A stretch of DNA of 64,000 bases, from NCBI RefSeq assembly GCF_018350175.1, contig NC_058371.1, positions 48,856,001-48,920,000 of the forward strand, written 5' to 3'. Under the pieces are notes generated by a model that saw only the letters and a program-made list of their open reading frames with translations, ran no database searches and was not told the origin of the DNA. The stretch comes from Felis catus (taxonomy: Eukaryota). Every line of letters starts with the position of its first letter. Within the stretch, counting starts at the first letter, position 1. Shown here piece by piece: positions 10,805-23,739 of the stretch. The translations under genes and the position numbers were made by a program.

Positions 10805-13644
10805 CAAAGTCAAGGGGTTAAAGGTGGGCCCCCTGCCTCCCCAGGAGAAGTTCCCTCTGGATGGACATGTGCCTCGGCCCTGCCAGGTCTCTTTCACAGG
10901 GCTGTTCCCTTTAAGCCCACAGTAGGGTGCCCTGCCAAGGTGACCCTGCCACCACTCAGCTGACTGCTCGAAGCCCAGGACAGCCCAGTCTTACACAATG
11001 GACCCTTTCCCAGAAGCTGAAGTTGTTGCCTAAAACAGAACCCCCCTCCCCAGCAGCCCGTCTTCTGGCCTCCCCCTCCCACTGCTTACCTGAACTCACT
11101 CATTTCCCATAACAGAGCAGGGAGGTGGGGTTGCCCCCCTTCCTGAAATCGTGAACATCTACAAACTGCCTTCAGCTCAGCAGGCCCGTATGGACACTTG
11201 GTAGCACATTAATAAAGGAAGCCTCTCCCAGAAAGTAATTAGTAAAACAGCCAAGCTGTGGTTCCTCCACTGGCCACACAGAGCAAAGGAGCAGCGTGGG
11301 AGAAGAGAGTGGGTCATTGCCTTCCCCAAAGACAGGGTGGGTGGCTGAGTCGGGGTGCTATTTCAGGCCTGCCAGAAGGCCCAGGGCTCCTGGGCTCTGC
11401 CCTAGCTGCTCACTGAGGCCTGAAACACCTCAGAGAGAAACAGAGCTTTTGTTAGGCCAGAGAGAGAAAGCCAGCAAGAACACCTCTTGGGAAGAGGCCC
11501 CTGGATACTTCTCAGAATTCATACAAGAGCCTCAAAAATAGGTTTGGACCAGAAGAGCACTGAATGAGGAGTCCAGAAACCCAGCAGCCAGTGCAGAGAC
11601 TCCCATCAGGACCCTGGGGTCCACTGGGGGGCCAGCAAGTCCTGAGCTGAGAAAAAGATCAGTCTCCTGCCCCATCGCTCCATCTCAACTGGGTGGGGGG
11701 GGAGAGGGGAAGCAGGACCCTGAGACGAGATAGGGGCTCCCCAAGGTTGGCAGCAGGCTGGCCACCCCAGGATGAGAATCCAAGCCCTCCCAGCCTCCAG
11801 CCCAGTGTTCTTTCTTTGACACTAAGTCAATTAAATCTGAGCCTTTAGTGTCCTCATCTGTAAAACGTCCCCAACAAAGACCTCAGAGATGGGACTGTGT
11901 TCTGTAAATCTGGGGTCTTATATAATCATAGTAAATTCTGACGATGTCGAAATCTGACCCAGGACCAATTGTGGGCTTTAGCAATATCTATCGGGGAAGT
12001 GGGGGGAGGTGGCATGTTTGGAGAGGGTCAGAGGGACTGAAACGGGCACCCGTGGTCCCTCCTTGTGTGGCTTTGCTATTAATGCAATGATCAGCTCCTT
12101 TACAGTACCTACGAATCAGCCTGAGGTGGGATGGGGGGGGGGGGGCTGGGCAGCCGTGGGGGGGGGGGAGGGTGTCTCATTATCATACTGATTCCAAATG
12201 TGAGATTGATACCACTAGTTCAAGGATGGCACTGGAACGGGGGCTGGACAGGGAACTGCTTGCCCTCGGACTGTCTGCGACTGTCCTGGGGGCCTGGCTG
12301 CCGGTTGCTCTGATTGGACAAGCCCAGCCAAGGCCCTCCTTTTCCCCACAGCCCCCAGGCAGGCTCTTTCCCCCAAGGAGGCTTAACCCTAGGAGAGGGA
12401 GCCACGGGAAGGACACAGGCACCTACGCAAAGTGGTCACGCAGCTAGTGAGCTGCACGGTTTTTAAAGCCCGAGGCCCAAGCTCCTATCGAACCTCCTCC
12501 CCAAATGTAGAAACTAAAGGAGAAAAAAAATAATACACCTGAAATTTACACCATCCAGAGGCAAAAACTAGCACTGTGGTATATTTCCTTTTATTTTCTA
12601 TGGATTTGTATACAATTAGATCCCTTATACCCACTACCTCCAAAGAGTCTTTAAAAGCACCCTTTTGTGGCTGTGTAACAGTCCATTTTCTGGTGTACTC
12701 TTATTTCACACGGTGGGGCATTTAAATTGTATGTAGTTTCACGCTGTTATTATAATGAACACTCCTGCCAGTATCCTTTCATTGTATCTGTACTTATTCT
12801 TAAATTCTTAACCTCTCTCTTTTAAAATCATCATCATCATCATCCTCAGCAGCATTTTTTTTTTTCTTTTTTCCTTTTTTTTTTTTAGGTCCAGAAATTC
12901 TGGAAGATCAAGCCTTCAGTTCTAATCCCGATTCTGACACCTACTTGCTGTTTATCTTGGGAGACGGTCCTAAACCTCTCCAGGCCTCAGATTATCATCT
13001 ATAAAATGAGACAGTTGGATCAGACGTCTGAGGTCTGATGGAGTATGCCTGACTTTTCTGTGATGCATCCTGGTGCGTTGGGAAGCAGAAAGAGTGGGAT
13101 TTAAGTGGTTGCAACATGTACTTAAAATCAAAACATAAACACACTATGGAGACAACTAGAGAATTCTCGGGAGCAAACAGGATGCTTCAAGCTGGCTAGC
13201 TGACAATCATCACTGGAGATCAGTACCTGTACAAGGAAGATGCTGCAGGCAGGCCCTTTGCGGGCACCCGGCTCCGCCACTCACTAGTCTGGGCCACCGG
13301 CTTTAGGCATTAGTTCTCCAAGTCTTTGTCTCCCCATCTTTGCAGGAGGGTCATTACACCTGTCCTATTTAGCCCATCCAATTGTGGCTGGAGCTGGCGA
13401 GCGCCGGAGCTCCGGAGTCCCGGCCCTTGCGCCACCCCCAGCAATTCCGCCTCCGGCTCGGCGGCCTAGTGATGAGGCTCGGACCACCTCCCTTCCCCGG
13501 TTTCCCGACTCCATCCAAAGCGCGGCTGTGACAGCCTTGTGAGTACCAGCGATCTTCCCGTCCTCGCCTGGGTGCCACCCCCGCCCTCCCGTGGGGCCCG
13601 ATGGGGCTCTGCCCCGGGTAGACGAGGAGGTGGGGACATCTCAC

Positions 13645-13690
13645 CGGTCAGCGGCGCCCGGCGACGGTGCGCTGCTCCTGGCGACGCGTG
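13645..13690 (-). other. CLU: CLU exon 1 (non-coding); 5' end approximate
   Basis: Starts about 25-30 nt below TATAAA and ends GCTGACCG|gtgaga, like human CLU exon 1. Confidence 0.85.
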
Positions 13691-13713
13691 CTGAGCACCG
13701 CGAGGCGCGCGTA

Positions 13714-13719
13714 TTTATA
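13714..13719 (-). promoter_or_regulatory. CLU TATA box
   Basis: GCGCTATAAATACG on the minus strand just above exon 1. Confidence 0.9.
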
Positions 13720-13767
13720 GCGCTCAGACTCGTATACACCCCCTTTGGGGCTGGCTGCAAACCTGCA

Positions 13768-13774
13768 TGACTCA
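13768..13774. promoter_or_regulatory. AP-1 site in CLU proximal promoter
   Basis: Exact TGACTCA about 50 bp above TATA; an AP-1 site is known in mammalian CLU promoters. Confidence 0.85.
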
Positions 13775-13802
13775 CGCCCAAAGAACGCCGTGGAATTCAC
13801 CG

Positions 13803-13816
13803 GGAGCTTTCTGGAA
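13803..13816 (-). promoter_or_regulatory. Clusterin element (CLE), HSE-like HSF1/HSF2 site
   Basis: TTCCAGAAAGCTCC with nGAAn-type repeats at the expected position. Confidence 0.85.
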
Positions 13817-15779
13817 GCTGGCGCCAGAGGGGATGCGGAGGTGGGGGGTGGGGGAGTGCTCCGGTACAGCACCCGGCGGGGGGCGCGTAGGGTGGAGGGG
13901 AGGGAAGGCAGGGCATCTGCACCGCGAAAGGCCAGACAGACGCTCCGTGCCGCCGAGCACCGCTCCCCAGGGGGTCGGAGGGAGGGGCTCAGAGTTGGAA
14001 GACGGTGCCCCCAGGAGGGGAGAGCTTGAGTTAACATAAGGCCGCTGGGCGAACCCTCCACGGGGTTCCAGGGGTGCACTGCGCTCCTGAGCGGTTCCCA
14101 GTCCAAAATAAAATCTCACGGCTCTTTTCACATTGAACGTGAGCCATTCCTCTTGTTCCACTGAAGTAGAAGAAGCATCAGAAATAATGCGGGTGGGATG
14201 GGGAGGGTGTTGTGCTAGAGAAGAGCACCTAGGAGGAAAGAAACGATTTCTCCAACCCCACAGTGACCAACTCCACCCAACTCCCCCCAACTCCACCACA
14301 GTGACCCCGGTGGTCCTTTGGCAGACCTGCCGGCCAGGAGGAAGAAGAAATGTGTTTTTAGCCATGAGCAGAGCGCTCATTTGGGGAACCAAAAAGCCCC
14401 CTGAACCTTAAGCAAATTATTGTCCCCATCGACTTGGGGCCCCCGACAAGCAGGGTGGGCTCCATGGGGTGGGACTCAGCAGCCCCAAGCTTGGTTTGGT
14501 GGCCATCGCTGCAGTCTTGAAATTCCTCATTGATGTTAAGGGGCCCCAAATTTTCATCTTGCATCTGGCCTTGCAAATGACGTGCAGTCCTGTTTGCAAA
14601 GGGCCTCACTCAGTTCCATCTGTCTCAGTTCCGTCTGCTGACAGGAGCTGACTTCTAGACTCCCTTTGGCAGGGGGCTTTGATGTGAAAGAGAGATGGGA
14701 GCCTTCACACGACCCCCTGCCACGGAGGGCACCAACCCAGACACCCCTCAGATATAGGTACTGCTTGGGAAAGAAACAGAGCCACCCACTCTGGAACCCC
14801 AGGACATTTGCACACCAGGTGAAAAGTCCAGCTGCCTGAAGGTGGTTCTCACACTGACAGGGGAAGGAGGGTAGGCAGAGAAGGATTAGGCAGCCTGCTT
14901 TGGGTGGCCGACTTTGAAAACCATCTGAGATGCAAGGGTTTAGGGGAGAACTGTATGGAAGGGGGCTGGGTTTTCTGCTCCCAACTTCAGAGATACAGCT
15001 TGAGGCTCAGTTCCTGATTTCCCAAGGTCCAGGGACGACTAGCTAGGACCCCACCCCTTTTCAGGAGGGAGCATGGATGAAGCTTCTAGGCCTGTGAAAA
15101 ACTGGAGACACTGGAGCTGGGTGCATGGATTTCTGACTACAGTCTGAGCTCTGCCCAAAGGTGCTGGGTAACCTTGGACCACCACTTGGGCCTTTGGGCC
15201 TCAGTTTCTCCCAACAGGACAATGAAGAATCTGCTATGTGTCATCTCTAAGGTCCCACTCAACCTAACCTGAGACAATACCAAGTGTGGGAAGATCAGCC
15301 AAGAAGAAAAAAAGAAAAATCCAGTGAAAATATAGAACAATATTTCTTTCCTGAGGCTTCCTTTTATTTTTCTTTAAAAAAAAAAAAGTCTAATCATTAG
15401 TAACAGCTACATTTTCTATGGAAACAGCCTCCTCCTTAGCATATCAATGACTGAGGTCACAGGAGCTGTTTTTGAGCACACTCCTTGTAACTTTTCTGTT
15501 CTCTGGCTCCCCCAGCATCCGGCCCAGGAGGCATAAATCTGTGATAATTATATTTGTAAAAATCAGACTTTGGAGGACAGGCAAACAGATCTGCCTTAGT
15601 CAGCTGAAGTAGGGCAAGGGAGGGAGAGGAAGAAAGGATTTGGAAGAAAAGAACGCGATTCACAGCCTGGACTGTGGTCCCCTGGGAATGATTACTTGAT
15701 TACTCCAGCTACTAAGCAAACAAGGCTCGGATGATTTTTAAGGGGAAAAAGTGCACATTTTGAAAGCACCATAAGTGCA

Positions 15780-16560
15780 TTACTGGAGTTTAAATATTCT
15801 GAGTAGATCGTAGAGGTCAGCTGGTTCAGCTCTCGCACCATACTCCAATGCTAACTCCCACCACCAACTACAACGTTCCCCCCAACTGATTATCCTGCCT
15901 CTGTTTGAATGCCCCCATAACTGGGAGCTCACTACCTGTATGTCAACGGTTGTCTAGAAAAGCTGTTGATAGCATTAGGTTCTTCTGTTGAGTCAGAGTC
16001 TGGCTCCTCCAAGGGCTACCAAGCCCAGCGCTGTCTTTTGGAACCATGTAGGAAAACCCAGTCCATCTCCCCGCTGCTAGTCCTTCAGATATTTGAAGGC
16101 AGCTAGTCCCTTCTCCCAGTGATCTCCAGGCTTGTGGCTGCCTGCCCCGTCCTTGTTTGCAGATTCCTCCCCAGCCCTTTGGCCTTCTGGACCTTGCCTC
16201 TCGCTTGACACTCTGAGCCCAGCTGTGGGCCTGCCAGTACCAGTGGGGGCTGACTACGTTTCCCGTTGCCCCAACGCTCTAGATAAGCTTTCATTCAGCT
16301 GCTGAGTCACTTGGCTGATTCATAATAGAATTCATCATCTCTTTGGCAGATGCTGCTATTTAATCAATTTGCTCCCATCTTGGACTTGTGCAGTCGGTTT
16401 GGGGTTTGTAGCTTGATTTTTTTTTTTTTTTTCCCCTGGAGCAGGGGATTATCGGGGGAGGGGAGGCAGTAAAGAGTTTTACGTTTATAGATTTGTCTCT
16501 GTATGCTTTGCCCCATCATCTCTCCCCTGCTCTGCAATATCTTTGTGATGCATCCATATC
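15780..16560. mobile_element. Ancient CR1/L3-like fragment
   Basis: GGGAGCTCACTACCT...CCTTCAGATATTTGAAGGCAGCT motifs typical of L3. Confidence 0.45.
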
Positions 16561-17024
16561 ACTGCCACACTGATCAGCTAGTGCCACAAGCTAGTGACAG
16601 CTTGGCCACCGCCAGTATAACTCGAACAAGCGAGAAATGGACAAGAACGGTAAGTACCCTGGGGCCTGTTATTAACAATTCCTCTCCAGGCTCGAATTAT
16701 TAAATGAGTATATCTAGTTAATTACAGACCTATGAAAAAAATCATGCATAATAAAATTATATACAGTAAACTCGGCCAACAGCTGATGCAGAGTATCCTG
16801 AGTGCTTTTTCAGGGTCTCCCTAAAGTACAGAAAGTTTCACTCCATCGGTTGCATTTCCTTATCTTCCCATCTAGGGAATATCTTTTTGGGAAAAGGTAT
16901 GAAACTAGCCTTTCCCAAGTTGCTTATCATAGGAGTAGACAAATATTACTTATACTATCTTCACTGTTACACTTGTTATTGACTGACTATATCGTCTAGA
17001 TTTCACTCCAGAGTTGGTCAATTC

Positions 17025-17280
17025 TATTTATTTATTTATTTGTTTGTTTATTTATTTATTATTTTAATGTTTATTTTTGAAAGAGAGAGAGACAGAGTGT
17101 GTGTGCGTGTGTGTGTGAGCAGGGGAGGGGCAGAGAGAGAAGGAGACACAGAACCTAAAGCAGGCTCCAGGCTCCAAGCCATCAGCACAGAGCCCGACGC
17201 GGGGCTTGAACTCACAAACCGTGAGATCATGACCTGAGCTGAAGTCGGACGCTTAACCAACTGAGCCACCCAGGCACCCC
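17025..17280 (-). mobile_element. Can-SINE
   Basis: Reverse-complement head at 17280, T-rich tail. Confidence 0.9.
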
Positions 17281-18469
17281 TCTGTCCTCCATCTTATTTC
17301 TAAGGTGCTATATGTTAAACCCCCCCTCCTCTACAAGACAGCCCTTCAAACATTGGAAAACAGTGGTTCTATCTCAACTTAGGTGTGTTTCCTTATATGG
17401 GTCCTTCACTCCCTTCTAATAGAGTGAGGTCCCCAGATACCTCGCTCTGCTCCTTCCTGCCTTGAGGGTGCTCCGTTTTGTCACTGTTCCTCTGGTGTGG
17501 CTTTAGGAGCAAACACAAGACCCAGCTTCAGGTGGCCAGGCAGGAGGTTAGTCAGACACTTACAACCTATGATTTGATACTGAGGTCCCTGTGGCCCCAA
17601 GCCACCCTCTGCTTCCTTTTATATTATGTCGTAACACATTGTGCTTCTCAAATTGGTTTACATTGTCCCCTGGGGCAGGCTGTGGGGTGAGGAAAGTACA
17701 CAAGGACACAGAAGCATCTGACTACACTTTCACTCGGATTTAGGGCAAAAAGTTAATATTTAATGAGTAATCAATCTTCCTTCCTTTTCTCCCTTCCTTT
17801 CTTCTTTTCTTTCTGTCTTTATTCATTTTTGCTTAAATCTCATGCTTTGAAAGTAATGCATGTCTATTTATACATAAATTTATTTTTAGAATGTATAAAT
17901 GTATATTTAGAAGTGTAATATAGATACATCATATATTACATATCTAAACAAATAAGGGATTTTGCCTGTTTCTTTTCTTTTTAAAAATAAGTATATAAAA
18001 TCATATTATACATATTGCTTGTTTTTTTCCACATAATAAAACATTACGGATATCCCTCCAGGTCAATACACAGATAGATTTAAACCATGCTTTTCTGTAG
18101 CTACATATTTTATTCAGTCATTCCCATTTTTTCTGTCGCTATAAATGGTGCCACATTAAATGGCTTTTCACATGTATTCTAATATGTTGGTGCCTTTTCT
18201 GGTATAAGGGAGATTCTCAAAGTGGAATTGATGGATAAAAGGGAACATGTAGGATAAAAGAGAATTGTAGTCTTCATGTTAATCTATATTGCCTGATGGT
18301 TTTCCCAAAAGGTAGTGGTAACTCCCACTCTCTCTGAGAATGTACATTTCCTAGGTGATCATCAGACTGGATGCTGCTGGTCTTTTGCATTTTTGCCCGT
18401 CTGGTGAGTGAAAATGGCATCTTTACACCTTAATCCCTTCATCTATTATTATTTTCAACTCATCATTTA

Positions 18470-19034
18470 TTTATTTTATTTATTTAAAAAGAATTTTTTT
18501 TTTTTTACATTTACTTATTTTTGAGAGACAGAGACAGAGCACAAGTCGGGGAGGGGCAGGGAGAGAAGACACAGAATCCGAAGCAGGCTCCAGGCTCTGA
18601 GCTGTCAGCACAGAGCCCTACTTGGGCCTCGAACTCACAAACTGTGAGATCATGACCTGAGCCGAAGTCGGACGCTTAACTGACTGAGCCACCCAGGCGC
18701 CCCTGACTCATCATTTTTTAAAGATATTATTTTTAAGTAATCTCTATACCCAATGTGGGGCTCCAGCCCACAACCCTGAGCCAGCCAGGTGCCCCTCAAC
18801 TAATCTTTTTTTTTTTTAATTTTTTTTTCAACGTTTTTTATTTATTTTTGGGACAGAGAGAGACAGAACATGAACGGGGGAGAGGCAGAGAGAGAGGGAG
18901 ACACAGAATCGGAAACAGGCTCCAGGCTCCGAGCCATCAGCCCAGAGTCTGATGCGGGGCTCGAACTCCCGGACCGCGAGATCGTGACCTGGCTGAAGTC
19001 GGACGCTTAACCGACTGCGCCATCCAGGCGCCCC
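18470..19034 (-). mobile_element. Three Can-SINEs (18470-18703; short 18716-18795; young 18806-19034)
   Basis: TSDs actcatcattt and tcaactaatc. Confidence 0.9.
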
Positions 19035-19416
19035 TCAACTAATCATTTTTAAAGGAAGTTTCTTCTTCTGTGATTTGCCTATTCACATTGTTTGCTCATT
19101 TTATTGGACTTTGATCCCTTTTTCTTATCAATTTATAGGAGCACTTTAAATAAATAAATTTTATGTGTGTGTTGCAAAGTCTTTACCAAGTTATTTTGTG
19201 TCTTTTCCCTTTGATTATGGAGGCTTTAAAATTTTTTATATGGTGAAATTTGGTTTTTCCCTTTACAGTTTCTAGGTCTCCTGTCTTGTTTAAGAATGTC
19301 TCACTAAAATATAGACAGTTATTCTCCTAATTTTCTTCTAGTTTCCTGTTGTGTCAATGTTTGTATTTAGATATTTCATCCAAATGGAACGTGGGTGTTT
19401 GTGGTGTGTGTGGTGT

Positions 19417-19450
<34 letters not shown>
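19417..19450. repeat. (GT)n microsatellite
   Basis: Read directly. Confidence 0.9.
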
Positions 19451-19451
<1 letters not shown>

Positions 19452-20157
19452 AGGAGGGAGGTGAGGCAAGGATCTAACTTCATTTTCTTCCAGATGTGCG
19501 GCCAATTACGTCAACATGATTTATCAAATAAACTACCCGATTTGTGCTGAGTTGAAATGCCATCTGTGTACAAAATGCCATTTGTCATCTGTGAACTTTC
19601 CCAAAATAAATTTGGATCTATCTTAGGACTTTCTAGTTTATTCCTCTGATTTATTTTTTTATTCATGTATAACATATTGTTTTCATTACATAGTCTTAAA
19701 ACAATAACTGATATTGAAAAGATCACCTCCCTCACTGTTCCTTTACCAATTTTGTTGGCTATTCTCGGATGTTAAGTCTTCTGTATGAACTTTAATTTTG
19801 TGCAGTTTGGGGAAAAAATGGTAATTGTAATGACAGTTGCATGAAAGGTACATACTGGTTTTAGAAAAATTCACATTTTTGTATTCATTCTTCCAGGGCA
19901 GAAACATAACATGTCTAGAAGTAGTTTAAACTATTATTTTTGTTTCTAAATAAATTTTGCCTTTATCAAAGTGAGATAGGTATATAATTTGAAAATACCA
20001 AGTAGTAGAAAAAGTACCAATGCAACAGCCCTCTGGCACATTCCCCACCATTCCTCAACGCCAGGCTGCCTCCACACCCACCCCCAACCCAGAAAAACAT
20101 TACTTCTATATAAAAACAAATATGGTTTTGTTGTGATATGGCACGCAACTTTTATGT

Positions 20158-20370
20158 TGTTTTTAAAATTTGTATTTATTTATTTGTTTTGAGAGAGAGC
20201 ACACAAGCGGGGGAGGGGCAGAGAGAGAGGGAGAGAGAGAGAATCCCAAGCAGGCTCCATGCTGCCTGTGCAGAGCCCCACGCAGAGCTCGATCTCACAA
20301 ACCACAAGATCATGACCTCAGTGGAAATCAAGAGTCCGACGCTTAATCGATGGAGCCACCCAAGGGTCCC
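20158..20370 (-). mobile_element. Can-SINE
   Basis: Typical body and (GA)n. Confidence 0.88.
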
Positions 20371-20602
20371 TACATCGTGTTTTTTTGTTTTTGTTTTTTT
20401 TTAATAAGAGGAAAAGTTTCAAAGGTATTTTTGCTACTTCTGTCATTACGGCAGTGGGAAAGTGAGAGAAATCTTGACTAAACATAGCATACTGAAATGT
20501 ATCAGATTAGAGTTCAAATGTTTCCCCACTTCCATTCAGCTTTGCGCTCCCATTCTCTAAGACATGGCCTAGCATGCAGTAGGTACTTAATAAATGTGTG
20601 TT

Positions 20603-20820
20603 GGGGCGCCTGGGTGGCTCAGTTAAGCGTCTGACTTGGGCTCAGGTCATGATCTTGAGGTTTGTGGGTTCGAGCCCCGTGTCGGGCTCTGTGCTGACAT
20701 CTCAGAGCCTGGAGCCTGCTTGGGATTCTGCGTCTCTCTCTCTCTCTCTGCCCCTCCCCTGCTCATGCTCTGTCTCTCAATAATAAATAAACGTTAAAAA
20801 CATTTTTTTAATAAAAATAA
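20603..20820 (+). mobile_element. Can-SINE
   Basis: TSD aataaat(g/a)tgtgtt. Confidence 0.9.
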
Positions 20821-21386
20821 ATAAATATGTGTTAAATGATCTGAATCCATTTTTCAATGAGTGCAGTCTAAGATCCCAGGTTTATTTTAGTAGTCTTCTC
20901 CTATTTGTGATTCCTGTCAACACTGTAACATCCACAAGGTTAGGGAACATATCCCCAGCACTAGCACAACTCCTGGCTCTGTGTTTGTATAATAAATGAA
21001 CAAAAGCCATGCACGGCCACATATCAACTACATCGTTTTCTCTGAATTCATCCTTTGTTAGAGCAACTGATGGTGGATCTCAATGTAGGGGTTTCAGTTT
21101 ATTTCCCCTGAATGTTCTTTTAGACACCTGTCAAGATGGTTCTGAATTTTGTTCTCCCAGTTTTGAATGAGAAACAAAGAAATAAGCATGCTTCCTGGGT
21201 CTCCTCCATCCAGAATGTGGATAGGAACGTCCATTAGGACCCTTCTTAGCACATTAAAAACTCAGTCTCTTGAAGGCCCGCTATAAAGAAATTCCTATGT
21301 ACCAAATCCTTTGGGAAATACCTTCTTGAAAAGCATCTCTGTCCCTCCAGCTCTGATTATTTCCATTTTCACATGTATGATTCTTT

Positions 21387-21605
21387 GGACGCCTGGGTGG
21401 CTCAGTCAGTTGAGTGTCTGACTTCAGCTCAGGTCATGATCTCACGGTTCATGGGTTCGAGCCCCACATTGGGCCCTGCACTGACAGCTCAGAGCCTGGA
21501 GTCTGCTTCAGATTCTGTGTCTCCCTCTCTGTCTGCCCCTCCCCCCTCTCATGCTCTGTCTCTCTCTGTCTCTCAAGAATAAATAATAAACATTTAAAAA
21601 AATTT
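21387..21605 (+). mobile_element. Can-SINE
   Basis: TSD tatgattcttt. Confidence 0.9.
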
Positions 21606-21923
21606 AATATTTATGATTCTTTCCCCCCCCCTGGATACACAGGCTTTTCCGGTCCTCTTTGCACCAATGCAAATTATTGCAGGGATCCCTTTCCATTATC
21701 CAGTGGATGGTTTGACTAAAAGATGCTTCTCCTTCCTACACAGCATCAAGGCTCCTTCTTTGCTCATCTATATCCAGCCCCAAATGAAGTCAGCCACTTT
21801 CTTCCTGAGTTTATAATTGATTTGGATGAAAAACCTAAGTACTTTGTCTTTGCTAATACCTTATTATGTTAATTTGAAAGATTTGTTCAAGCTCTGATGC
21901 ATCTTTGTAATTAAACTGTTTCA

Positions 21924-22480
21924 GGGGCGCCTGGCTGGCTTATTTGGTAGAGCATGTGACTCTTGATCTCAGGGTTGTATGTTCAAGCCCTATGTTGGGT
22001 GTAAAGATTACTTAAAAAATTAAAATCTTTAGGGTGACTGGGTGGCTCAGTCAGTTGGGCATCTGACTCTTGATTTCAGCTCATCATCTTTTTTTTTTTA
22101 ATTTTTTTAAATTTATTTTTGAGAGAGAGAGAGACAGAGAGACAGAGAGCAAGAGAGAGAAGGAGACACAGACTCTGAAGCAGGCTCCGGGCTCTGAGCT
22201 GTCAGCACAGAGCCCAATGTGGGACTGGAACCCATGAACCATGAGATCATGACCTGAGCCGAAATCGGACACTTAACTAACTGAGCCACCCAGGTATATC
22301 ACCAGCTCAGGTCATGATCTCATAGTCTGTGGGATCTAGCCCTGTGTTGGGCTCCATGCTGAGCATACAGCCTGCTTAGGATGCTCTCTCTCCCCACCTC
22401 TCTCTGCCTCTCCCCCACTTGCACTCAATCTTTTTCTCTCCAAACAAATAAACTTAAAAAACGTACAATCTTTTAAAAAA
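21924..22480. mobile_element. Compound SINE: short (+) copy, then a (+) copy split by a (-) copy at about 22088-22295
   Basis: cagctca duplicated on either side of the inner SINE. Confidence 0.85.
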
Positions 22481-23739
22481 ACATCAAAATAAACTAATTT
22501 CTTCAGAACTTCACCCTTACAGAGTTCATAAAATAAGGTATTAGTATGATAATGTGAAGCCCCTTTAAGAATTTCTCAGGCCAGAAGAATTCATATAATA
22601 TATCATCACCTGCTAGTAAAGAGTGGTATTACAGGGCACCCCTTGGCCCCCATGTACATTCTCAAAAGTTCTAGTATTGATAAATGTAATGTAAGGCAAG
22701 AATCCACAGACATGGGAGGAAACTTAGGTGAATTTCTGGGAGGAAACAATAAAAGATAGGAAACTTAAGAATTGTGAAAATATCAGATAGTCCAGAGTAT
22801 GGGCCAAAGAAGGCCAATTTAACACTTCTTGGGACAAATGTCTTCAACTGAGAATGTTGATGGCCCCCTCCCCCCCCACCGCCGCCCACCCCAGGAAATT
22901 CTATTTCTTATTTTAAATGGAATCCAACAGAAAAATGGGATTTATATTTTCCTGTACGGCTGGGGCACTGCTCTGTTGGAACTGGCCCCGCGTGACCTTT
23001 CAAAAATATTTTACTCCTGTGCAGGCTGGGTGAGCATACCTGCCTTCTAAAGGTAGTTTATTCTTTGGCTTCCAATGAACGATGATTTGGGTGAAGCTCT
23101 GGCATGAACAAAGTGACAACCCTGCATGGAGTTTCAATCCACTGCATTAGAGAGCTTACTGGGGGAGTAAGGATGAAAATCTCGCCAAGTTCTGGGTTGG
23201 AGATGGGTTTGTTAGTGAACTGGAGGCCTCGCCAGCATCCGTGTTTCCCCCTCTCCTCACGGTAACCCCCCAAGGGATGTTTCCCAGCCCCTGCCTTTGC
23301 TTGAGGTCATGTGACTGAGTTCCGGCCAATGGAATATAGCTGATAGTGGTTGTGTGCCTCTCCTAGGCGTGTGCCAGGATTACCTCCAATCCACGATCCT
23401 CCCATCTCTCTCCCCCTTCTACATCAACCTTGGGGGCTACTTATTAAAGATGGCAGCCTCACAGGATGGAAGAAGCCCCCATCCCCGAGGCAACATTTGT
23501 AAGGGAGCCATCTAACCTGCAATGGATTGTGATCTACATGAGAGAGAAACTATTGCTGTGCCGTCATTCAAATCTTGCAGTTGTTAGAACTAGCATTGCT
23601 TGCTCTGACTACCGTAGAAGCTGCTATCTTGAAATGGGAGGCCACGGTAATACAAACATAAATATGTGGCCTGGCTTAGCAATTGGGTAGCAGGATGTGA
23701 GGAACTTGATATTAGAGGCCGAAAATACAAAAATCTTTG

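Larger units (their letters stand above)
1791..13690 (-). other. CLU: Clusterin gene, exons 1-6 (exons 7-9 lie left of the window)
   Basis: Spliced translation [45 protein letters not shown]...[17 protein letters not shown]...[21 protein letters not shown] is clusterin; GT-AG sites and matching phases; TSS approximate. Confidence 0.98.
13380..14110. promoter_or_regulatory. CpG island over CLU promoter and exon 1
   Basis: Visibly GC- and CpG-rich relative to flanks; edges approximate. Confidence 0.8.
17800..19950 (-). mobile_element. Old L1M fragments interrupted by SINEs (similar L1M debris at about 5900-6340, 33830-34540, 42870-48200 and 56690-57500)
   Basis: AT-rich decayed L1; ORF 19511-19735 (INQRNKLESPKIDPN...SLFDK) is ORF2-like. 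Confidence 0.6.
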
